DNA of 14,378 nt, from NCBI GenBank assembly GCA_031409335.1, contig JANNWY010000129.1, forward strand, positions 1 to 14,378, in the 5' to 3' direction. The stretch's first letter is position 1; the number at the start of each line of letters is the position of its first letter. Under the pieces are notes generated by a model. It was not told where the DNA came from. It searched no databases and was given only the letters and a program-made list of their open reading frames with translations. Position numbers and translations under genes: made by a program. This DNA is from Chthoniobacteraceae bacterium. Lineage in GTDB: Bacteria > Verrucomicrobiota > Verrucomicrobiia > Chthoniobacterales > Chthoniobacteraceae. Below are positions 6,942-14,378 of the stretch, piece after piece.

Positions 6942-9900
6942 ATGAATCCCGAAACTTTGCCATCGCCGCGCGAGGAATTGGAAATCCGGCTCACCGCCAT
7001 GCTCATGGGCGAACTCTCGCCTGAGGAAGCCGATGCTTTGCAAAAACAAATCGCCGCCGATTCCGAACTCGCCGCGCTCCACGCGCGGCTGCGTCAGGCG
7101 ATCGAGCTTTTGCGGGAAGCCAGCGCGATCCCCGAGCAACCCGCGCCACCCGTGCCCGCGCAGCTTTCCAGCGAACGCCGTGAGAAACTGCTCGCGCATT
7201 TCAAAGCACCCGCGCCTGCGCCTTCGGCGGTCATTGTGAAACCGAAAAGGAATTGGAAATGGGCTGTGCCGCTGGGGATAGCGGCACTGTTGATTGCGTT
7301 CATTGGCTTACTGCAAATCCAGTATTTGCAGGTTCGCGCACTCGTTGCTGGCTCGGGGGTCTCTGATCCCCGGGGGTTACGGCCATCGCCGCCGCTTTCT
7401 TGGTTTGTTCCCAATAGTCGGTCGGAGGCTCCGGGCTTTCAATCGGAAGGTGGCGGTCTGATGGCCGACAACTCCGCAGAATCGCGCTGGGGCGCTCAGC
7501 CCGGTGCCGTCCGAAACTTTCAGGCCGAGGCGAATGGCCGAGCCAGCGGCACCGCTTCGAATGGGAGGAACTGGATGTTTTGGAGGAAAGCTCCCGCGCA
7601 GGAGCGCGGAGAAACCACCGAGCCTTTGGCCGATGTCAGCCTCGCTTCGGCGGGCGATTCCCTGGCTGCCAGCAATGTCGAATTCGACGTGGATCGCGCG
7701 GCGCAACCGGAGGCGGTGAGGCGATCCGTCCGGTTTGCGGAGCCTGCGCCCGCCGCCACGCCGGCTCCGGCCGCGCAATTGTTCGCGCGTGCGGATGACG
7801 TGAGCACTGCGGAACCTGCCGCCCGACCAGCCCGGATGCCGATCTATTTGGGAACGGAGTCGGAAAACGCGATGGCCGAAAGCGCGCCCGCTCCCCGGCC
7901 TGAAATCGCGGCAATCACCGCGCCCGCTCCGCTTGCTGCGTTCAAGTTGTATTCGGGTTCCGAAGTGAAGACCGCGGAACCTGCTCCTGTCGCGGCTGCG
8001 TTTGGGAATGGCGTGGTCAATGGCGGAGTTCCGGGATCGCTTTCGGTTGGGGGAAAAGTCCAGTCGCCGCAAGGCGTCGCGGCTGTTCGAGGCTCGACCG
8101 CCGCCCTTGGAAATTGGGATCGCGGTGTTTCCAAACACATGGACGGTGCCTTGGGCGACAAGGTTGACGACGGGAACATCGCGCTTTCGGACCTCCCCAT
8201 CGTCGAACCCCACGCAGTCTCTGATCCGTTCTCGACCGCCGGCAAAGTCAATCTGACGCAGCGCGTTGAGGGATTCGAGTCCGCGACCACTGGCACAGTC
8301 CAGCTCCCGAAACTCACCGGACTCGCGCCTTCCGCCGAGACGAAACCCGCGGCTCCCGAGGCATCCAAGCCCGCCGATTCGAAACGCGGGCGCGCCGTCC
8401 AGTGGATGGATTCCGACGGCGATCGATTAGCGGACATTTCACGGGACAAAGACGCGCCCGTTTCCGGCCCCGCCCCCGCCGAGCCCCCAGTGTCGCAGGT
8501 CCTTGCAAGATCGTTCGCAGGCGCAGGCACGCAGGATGTTTCCGGCGCAGCGAAAGGTTGGGAAGCTCGTGAAAAACTGTCCGTCTCCGATCCGAAAGCG
8601 ACGCGCCTCGATCACTTCTACACTGATTTGAACGCGCCGGTTCTGGCAGATGGCACGGTCGCCTCAAAATTGACCTCGGACGGCGCGGGCGGAGGATCGG
8701 CGCTGGGACTCGAACGACTCTCCCGCGTCGAAGGAGATAAAGGGAAGGCGAGCTTCAACGAGAATTTCGCCTACGCGGTGCCCGACGGAGGTGTCACCGC
8801 GCTCGGAGAGGCTCAGAAAAAACTGGCCCTCACCGACGTCGCGGATGGAGAGATGCTCCACCGCAACATCGTTCCCGGCGCTGATGTGGCCGCGCGAGGC
8901 GGTGCGGTGGGCGGGGGAGCGAATGGCAACATCGCGAGTTTCGGAGGGCGGGGCATTCAGGGACGGGACGGGACCAGCTTTGAAACCGGCAACCGGGATG
9001 AATTTGGTGTCACTGCCGGAGTGGAAGTGACGCGCCTTGGCAACAACTTCACGACTTACTCGATCGACTTGGGACTCAGCCCCGCGGTTCGTGAATTTGA
9101 AGGGTTTATCGCCGGGGAAGGAACGAGAGACTCCCGCCGTGCCGCAGGGCAGAAGCCGCAAGAGGCAAGGTCTCAGGATTGGTCTGGGCAAGTGCAGCCG
9201 ACCGCGAAAAACGCACCCGAAGACTTGGTGACCAAATGGGTCTCTGGCGGAGTCATCAATGGAGTGAAACCAAACGTGGAACTCGCGTTCAGAACGAAGA
9301 CGGATGATTTCACCGGCGTCGCCGAACCCGGAATGGAGGACGGTCAAAAGCTAGCGTTTGTCCCTCAAAAAAGTGACGCGGTGTATTTCCAGAAGGAAGT
9401 GCAAGCCGAGGCTGCGGTGCGGACGAAGAGCAAAGCCGCGCCACCCGCCAAGTCCGCCAGCCTGGCCAAAGAATCGAAGGTCGAGACGCGCAGGCTTTCC
9501 GAGAAAGTGGACGAACTCACCACGCTCGCGATTGAGAACCCGGTGTCCCAGATGGTCACGAAGCTGGATGACAAAGAGAGGGTTGCGCTGAACGCGGTTG
9601 ATTTCGTGGAGCGGCCGGCACCCGCGACGGAGGAATCGTTGAAGGAAGTCCGCGAGATGGAAACCGTCGCAGCCGGTGTGAAGGGAGTCGAAGGTCGCGA
9701 ACTGGTGCGGCGAACTGTTTCCCAAAGTCGTTTTCGCGCCACCACCGAGGAGGGAAAGAAGGCTCTGCCGGAGACGATCAACAAAGCGAAGAATGACCCG
9801 GCGAAGCGCGAGTTGGCTGCTCGCACGGACGATTCCAAAAAGGGCGTGAAGGATGTGCAGCGACTCAGCGAAGAAAGCGACAGTCTTGCGCTGACTGTGG

Positions 9901-11753
9901 AATCCAAGGTCCGTGAAGAAATGAGATCCGGGTCGGGGAAAGCCGGGGATGACATTGCCGTGGTCGTCACGACTGGTGAAAAGGAACTCGCGGAGATGCA
10001 GGCGAAACCTGCGGAGGTAAGCGCCGATACAAGCGAATCCGATCGGTTGGTGGATTCCAGATCCCTCATCACCAAAGAATACAAACTGAAGCCGGGTGTC
10101 TCGATCGCTGGGCGAATGGATGCGAAGGAGTTTTTGATAAGCTCAGGTGTTTCATTTCCGCAAGGTTCAGACGTGACCTATCTGGCGTCGTCCAATCGTT
10201 TGATCATACGAACGTCCCCAGAAAGTCTTGGTTCGGTCGAGAAGGTTCTTGCTGGAAAGGCGGTGGCCGAATCACCGACTGCTGAAACGGTGCAAAAAGA
10301 AGTCGGCGAACCGAAGACCGTCGAACTCGCCAAGCTGGAGCAGGCGAGAAAGCAGGTCGCGCTAAAGGATTCCGACGAAAAACCCGCGACGCCGAAACCT
10401 GCCGAGCCCGCGCCCGTGCCGCAGCCGGAGATCGCCACGAGCGCGAATGCGTTTTCCACGTTCTCGCTGAATGTCAGCGACGTCGCGTTCAAGCTCGCGG
10501 GGGCGAGTCTGGAAAAGGGGCAGATGCCGGAGCTGGCGACGGTGCGCAGCGAGGAGTTCATCAATGCCTTCGACTATCGCGATCCGGAGCCCGCGCCCGG
10601 TGCGGCGCTGGCCTGCACCACGGAGCGGGCGCGTTATCCTTTCGCGCAGAATCGCGATCTGGTGCGCTTCTCGGTGAAGACGGCGGCGGCGGGTCGTCAG
10701 CCGGGGCGCGCGCTGAATCTCGTGCTGCTGCTCGACAATTCCGGCTCGATGGAGCGCGCGGATCGCGTGCGCATCCTGCACGAATCGCTGCGCGTGCTCG
10801 CCACGCAATTGCAGCCGCAGGACAAGCTGAGCGTCGTCACCTTCTCCCGCACTCCGCGGCTCTGGGCCGATGGCGTGGCGGGCGACAAGGCCGGCGAGGT
10901 TGCCGCGCGCGTCGGCGAGATCACCCCGCAAGGAGGCACGAATCTCGGCGCGGCGCTCGACCTCGGCTACAAGACGGCGCTGAAACATTACCAGCCCGGC
11001 AGCATCAATCGCGTGGTGCTGCTCACCGACGGCGCGGCGAATCTCGGCGATGTGAACCCGGACGCGCTCAAGCAAAAGGTCGAGGCGCATCGCAAGCAGG
11101 GCGTCGCGCTCGATTGCTTCGGCATCGGCTGGGAAGGCTACGACGACACGCTGCTCGAAGCCCTCTCGCGCAACGGCGATGGCCGCTACGGCTTCATCAA
11201 CACGCCCGACGAAGCCGCGACGGAATTCGCCGCGCAACTCGCCGGCGCGCTGCGCGTGGCGGCGTCGGATGTGAAAGTGCAGGTTGAGTGGAACCCGCGC
11301 CGCGTCACGTCGTATCGGCAGATCGGCTACGCGAAGCATCAGCTCAAAAAGGAGCAGTTCCGCGACAACACCGTCGATGCCGCCGAGATCGGCGCGGCGG
11401 AAAGCGGGAACGCGCTTTACGCCTGCGAAGTGAACCCGCGCGGCGAAGGCGACCTCGGCACTGTCCGCGTGCGTTTCAAAGTGCCAGGCACTTCCGACTA
11501 CAAGGAGCACGAGTGGACCGTGCCCTACACCAAGGACGCCCCGCCGCTCGAACAAGCCAGCCCCGCGCTGCGTCTGGCTGGAACCGCGAGCGCGTTTTCC
11601 GAATGGCTCGTCTCAAGCCAATACGCGACGGAAGTCACGCCCGACCGCCTGCTCGGCCTGCTGAACGGCGTCCCCGCCATCTACGGCGCCGACCCGCGCC
11701 CGCAGAAGCTCGAGTGGATGATCCGCACGGCGAAGAGTGTTTCGGGACGGTAA
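6942..11753 (+). CDS. Large membrane-anchored protein: anti-sigma-like N-terminus, TM helix, long low-complexity region, C-terminal YfbK-type module (vWF_A + VWA + DUF3520-like)
   Basis: N-terminal LTAMLMGELSPEEADAL helical domain. TM segment WKWAVPLGIAALLIAFIGLL. From about 10428: STFSLNV..VRSEEFINAFDY, MIDAS DNSGS...GGTN...LLTDG, then DVKVQVEWNP..YRQIGY. Confidence 0.9.
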   Translation: MNPETLPSPREELEIRLTAMLMGELSPEEADALQKQIAADSELAALHARLRQAIELLREASAIPEQPAPPVPAQLSSERREKLLAHFKAPAPAPSAVIVKPKRNWKWAVPLGIAALLIAFIGLLQIQYLQVRALVAGSGVSDPRGLRPSPPLSWFVPNSRSEAPGFQSEGGGLMADNSAESRWGAQPGAVRNFQAEANGRASGTASNGRNWMFWRKAPAQERGETTEPLADVSLASAGDSLAASNVEFDVDRAAQPEAVRRSVRFAEPAPAATPAPAAQLFARADDVSTAEPAARPARMPIYLGTESENAMAESAPAPRPEIAAITAPAPLAAFKLYSGSEVKTAEPAPVAAAFGNGVVNGGVPGSLSVGGKVQSPQGVAAVRGSTAALGNWDRGVSKHMDGALGDKVDDGNIALSDLPIVEPHAVSDPFSTAGKVNLTQRVEGFESATTGTVQLPKLTGLAPSAETKPAAPEASKPADSKRGRAVQWMDSDGDRLADISRDKDAPVSGPAPAEPPVSQVLARSFAGAGTQDVSGAAKGWEAREKLSVSDPKATRLDHFYTDLNAPVLADGTVASKLTSDGAGGGSALGLERLSRVEGDKGKASFNENFAYAVPDGGVTALGEAQKKLALTDVADGEMLHRNIVPGADVAARGGAVGGGANGNIASFGGRGIQGRDGTSFETGNRDEFGVTAGVEVTRLGNNFTTYSIDLGLSPAVREFEGFIAGEGTRDSRRAAGQKPQEARSQDWSGQVQPTAKNAPEDLVTKWVSGGVINGVKPNVELAFRTKTDDFTGVAEPGMEDGQKLAFVPQKSDAVYFQKEVQAEAAVRTKSKAAPPAKSASLAKESKVETRRLSEKVDELTTLAIENPVSQMVTKLDDKERVALNAVDFVERPAPATEESLKEVREMETVAAGVKGVEGRELVRRTVSQSRFRATTEEGKKALPETINKAKNDPAKRELAARTDDSKKGVKDVQRLSEESDSLALTVESKVREEMRSGSGKAGDDIAVVVTTGEKELAEMQAKPAEVSADTSESDRLVDSRSLITKEYKLKPGVSIAGRMDAKEFLISSGVSFPQGSDVTYLASSNRLIIRTSPESLGSVEKVLAGKAVAESPTAETVQKEVGEPKTVELAKLEQARKQVALKDSDEKPATPKPAEPAPVPQPEIATSANAFSTFSLNVSDVAFKLAGASLEKGQMPELATVRSEEFINAFDYRDPEPAPGAALACTTERARYPFAQNRDLVRFSVKTAAAGRQPGRALNLVLLLDNSGSMERADRVRILHESLRVLATQLQPQDKLSVVTFSRTPRLWADGVAGDKAGEVAARVGEITPQGGTNLGAALDLGYKTALKHYQPGSINRVVLLTDGAANLGDVNPDALKQKVEAHRKQGVALDCFGIGWEGYDDTLLEALSRNGDGRYGFINTPDEAATEFAAQLAGALRVAASDVKVQVEWNPRRVTSYRQIGYAKHQLKKEQFRDNTVDAAEIGAAESGNALYACEVNPRGEGDLGTVRVRFKVPGTSDYKEHEWTVPYTKDAPPLEQASPALRLAGTASAFSEWLVSSQYATEVTPDRLLGLLNGVPAIYGADPRPQKLEWMIRTAKSVSGR

Positions 11754-11816
11754 GCGCACTCTGAATATGTCCACCCCGTTTCTCCGCACCTCCGCACCGC
11801 ACTCCGGGAACATCCT

Positions 11817-12002
11817 AGCCCCAAAGGGGCGGAACAACCCAGCCCAGGGCAACGCCCTGGGTTTGGCCCAGAGAGACGGCGAAGCCCTGAAGGGGCGACA
11901 CAACGCGACGATGTTTTTGTCCCGCCCCTTCAGGGCTCGCCGCCTTTGTCATCGGGAACCCAGGGCGTTGCCCTGGGCTGTGTTGTTGCAGCCTTTCAGG
12001 CT
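11817..12002. repeat. Nested palindromic REP/REPIN-like element (CCCAGGGCAACGCCCTGGG type)
   Basis: Perfect 24-bp inverted repeat at 11840-11863 / 11957-11980, each arm itself a hairpin. Inner perfect 15-bp inverted repeat at 11883-11897 / 11923-11937. Outer gcccc-aaa-ggggc / gcct-ttc-aggc hairpins. Confidence 0.9.
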
Positions 12003-12030
12003 GCGGGAAGCGGCGGGCGGCTTCGCCGCT

Positions 12031-12106
12031 GCGGTGGGGCGCGGCGTGCGCGGTGGGGCGCAACGTGCGCGGTGGGGCGCAACGTGTGCGGTGGGGCGCG
12101 GCGCGG
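12031..12106 (+). repeat. 19-bp tandem repeat, four copies
   Basis: gcggtggggcgc(gg/aa)cg... units start at 12031, 12050, 12069 and 12088. Confidence 0.9.
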
Positions 12107-12194
12107 CCGGGTCGTCACAAATCCCGCACGCACTTTTGACAACGCTCTGACATCCCGACCAACCGACTCTGCAAATTATCCCAATCCTACTCGC

Positions 12195-14378
12195 ATGAAA
12201 AACATGACCCACGGCTCACGCCTCGCTGCTTCGAAACCCGGTTTGTGCCCGCGAAAGACGCGAAAGGACGCGAAAACTTTTCCGCATTTCCTTTCGCGCC
12301 TTTTTGCGTGTTTCGCGGGCCTCCTCTCGGCTGCGTCCCTTTTCGCGCAGACGGCGGAGATCAAAGACCCCGCCATCAGCGGCGGCGTCGCGGATGGCAA
12401 AATGCGGATCGTCATCGAAGGCCTGCTCAACGGCCAACCGGGCGACAAGGACAAGCTCATTTTCGCCACCGCGTATCAGGACTCCATCAAGATCACGCGC
12501 GAGAAAATCACCCACAACATCGGGATGACGATCGACATCCTGCAGGGCGATCCAAAGGAGATTCCGCTCGCGATTGCCGGCGAGGGCGAAATCAAGAAAG
12601 TCACGGGCGATCAAGTCCAGGACTGGAGCATCCGGCAGGAGACCGATGGCAAACGCACGCTCATCATCCGCCCGAAGAAGGGCGAAAAACCGTTCAACCA
12701 AGTCATCGCGTATGTCATCGCGGAGCGTGAGCTGAAGTCGTGGAAGAACCCGCTCGCGACCTTCGCGCTCGCGCCACCGCAGTCCGTCCTCTTCAGCGGT
12801 TTTGTGAAGGTGGAAGCCACGCCCGATCTCGACGTGCAGCCCGATGCGCCGACCGGTCTGCTGCCGATGGAAGCCAAGTATCTGCCCGGAACCCTCCAGG
12901 CCGAAATCAAACCCGAAGACCCCGAGCCGCTCGCGTTTCAATTCCACGGCGCGGCCTACACTCTGCCGCTGCGCATCACCGTCGCCGATCCCGAGACGCG
13001 CCAGGTTGTGCTGCGCGACTTCAAACTCACCGGCACGCTCGCGGAGCAAAACGCCGCCTTCATCCTGACGGCCACCGCGCGCGTGACGAATCCAAAAGGC
13101 GGCTCGCTCAACCTGCTCGCCGGCGGACTCGCGCTCACCGAACTCCCGCCGCATCCCGACTGGCGGATTGTTTCAAGCAACGGCCAGCTCCGGCTCGTCT
13201 TCGACAAGCCCGGTGACTTCCCGCTCTCGTTCAAATTCAACGCCGCGGTGAAGCAGAACGGCGCGTGGAATGCGGTCGATTTCCGCGTCGCGCCGAGCGC
13301 GCTCCAGCCGATTATCCTGCAAGGCCTCGCCGCGGACACGCAGTTCGAATTCGCCGGCGCCGCGCGCCCGGAGCGCACGGGCAATGACTTCGCGAGCTTC
13401 CTGCCGCCGGATGGTGCGGTGAAACTCTCATGGAAAACCGCCGCGCCTGAAGCCGAGGGCAAACTTTTCTACGCCGCCGAAATGCTCGCGCAGATCAGCG
13501 TCGGGCCGGGGCTGATGCGGCAGTCCGCGCTGCTCGATTGCAAAGTCATGCAGGGCGAACTCGGCCAGGTGACGCTGCTCATTCGCGGCGCGGGCGAGGT
13601 CACGCGCGTGCAGGGCGAGCAGGTGCTCGCATGGAAAGTCGAGCCGGGCGCGAACGCGGGCGAGCGCAAGCTGGTCGTGCAGTTCAATCAGCCGCAGAAG
13701 AATCAGTTCACGCTGCACGTGCAGACGCAGACGCCGATCGGTGCGTTCCCGCAGACGGTGGAGGCGATGCAGCTCCGGCCCGAGGGTGCGACGCGCTTCG
13801 CCGGATATTTCCGCATCGTGAACGAAGGCGCGGTGCGGCTCGAAGTCGTCGAGTCGAAGGGGCTCTCGCAGATTTCGCCTGAGCAGTTTCCCGAGAGCGA
13901 CGCGACCAAGGCGGCGTTCCGCGCAGCGGGCGAACAGAAGTTTGCGTATCGTTTTTCCGGCGCGGATTTCGCGCTGCGCATTCAGGCGGATCAAATCCTG
14001 CCTGAGCTGACCGTTTCGCAAGTCCTCGCGTATCAGCTCGGCGAAACCGAACTGAGCATCGACGCCGAGATCGAGATCGACGTGCGCGAAGCCCCGCTGC
14101 GCGAACTGCAACTCCGCGTGCCGAAAGGTTACGCCGTCGCGAAGCTGAACGTGGCGGGCTTGAGCGACTACTTTCTCCGCGACGCGGACGAAGATGCCGA
14201 GCTGCGGCTGGTGTACGCGCAGCCCGTCTCGGGCCGGCAGGTGATCCAGCTTCGCCTGGAAAAAAATGCGGCGCTCGGCGCGGCGGAGTGGGTGCTGCCG
14301 CGGATCGACGTGACGAAAGCGAAGTCCGTGCGCGGTCATATCGCGGTGACCGCCGACGCGGGTTTCCGGCTCACCGCC
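12195..14378 (+). CDS. Very large exported hypothetical protein with repeated beta-rich domains (3' partial, at least 728 aa)
   Basis: The frame from ATG 12195 (alternative 12204) reads MKNMTHGSRL...FAGLLSAASLFA/QTAEIKDPAISGG... and is still open at the window end (...HIAVTADAGFRLTA). Strong GC3 bias. Absent from the ORF track because no stop falls in the window. Confidence 0.9.
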   Translation, partial: MKNMTHGSRLAASKPGLCPRKTRKDAKTFPHFLSRLFACFAGLLSAASLFAQTAEIKDPAISGGVADGKMRIVIEGLLNGQPGDKDKLIFATAYQDSIKITREKITHNIGMTIDILQGDPKEIPLAIAGEGEIKKVTGDQVQDWSIRQETDGKRTLIIRPKKGEKPFNQVIAYVIAERELKSWKNPLATFALAPPQSVLFSGFVKVEATPDLDVQPDAPTGLLPMEAKYLPGTLQAEIKPEDPEPLAFQFHGAAYTLPLRITVADPETRQVVLRDFKLTGTLAEQNAAFILTATARVTNPKGGSLNLLAGGLALTELPPHPDWRIVSSNGQLRLVFDKPGDFPLSFKFNAAVKQNGAWNAVDFRVAPSALQPIILQGLAADTQFEFAGAARPERTGNDFASFLPPDGAVKLSWKTAAPEAEGKLFYAAEMLAQISVGPGLMRQSALLDCKVMQGELGQVTLLIRGAGEVTRVQGEQVLAWKVEPGANAGERKLVVQFNQPQKNQFTLHVQTQTPIGAFPQTVEAMQLRPEGATRFAGYFRIVNEGAVRLEVVESKGLSQISPEQFPESDATKAAFRAAGEQKFAYRFSGADFALRIQADQILPELTVSQVLAYQLGETELSIDAEIEIDVREAPLRELQLRVPKGYAVAKLNVAGLSDYFLRDADEDAELRLVYAQPVSGRQVIQLRLEKNAALGAAEWVLPRIDVTKAKSVRGHIAVTADAGFRLTA
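12247..12320. repeat. Palindromic element of ACGCGAAA-type units inside the 5' end of the large CDS
   Basis: gcccgcgaaagacgcgaaaggacgcgaaa ... tttcgcgcctttttgcgtgtttcgcgggc, an imperfect inverted repeat with a 16-nt loop. Confidence 0.85.

Noticed and set aside
12136..12141. TTGACA as a sigma70 -35 box
   Set aside because: No credible -10 hexamer at 16-18 nt spacing.
11737..12150. 137-aa ORF across the intergenic repeats
   Set aside because: It is a translation of the palindrome and the VNTR, with no protein-like features.
10362..14339. Long minus-strand ORFs (10362..11555, 12216..13154, 13428..14339)
   Set aside because: Antisense shadows of GC3-rich plus-strand genes, with no recognisable motifs.

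Overview
GC-rich bacterial window. Gene content and repeat types suggest Verrucomicrobiota (PVC group); this is inference. In order: a truncated gene remnant with an internal stop; a small GIY-YIG nuclease gene bracketed by 67-bp inverted REP-like repeats; a sugar-phosphate nucleotidyltransferase; a minus-strand pilM-N-O-P-like operon with no secretin; a divergent CPBP/CAAX-type intramembrane protease followed by a 48-aa membrane ORF; an ECF sigma factor with a candidate AAC-N16-CGTC promoter; a 1603-aa membrane-anchored anti-sigma-like/YfbK-type VWA protein that appears to carry secretin-like segments; and the first 728 codons of a very large exported repeat protein that the ORF track misses. 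At least four unrelated palindromic repeat families occur. One copy sits between the sigma and VWA genes, with ATGA at both junctions and an open frame across it. Another lies in frame inside a predicted signal peptide.
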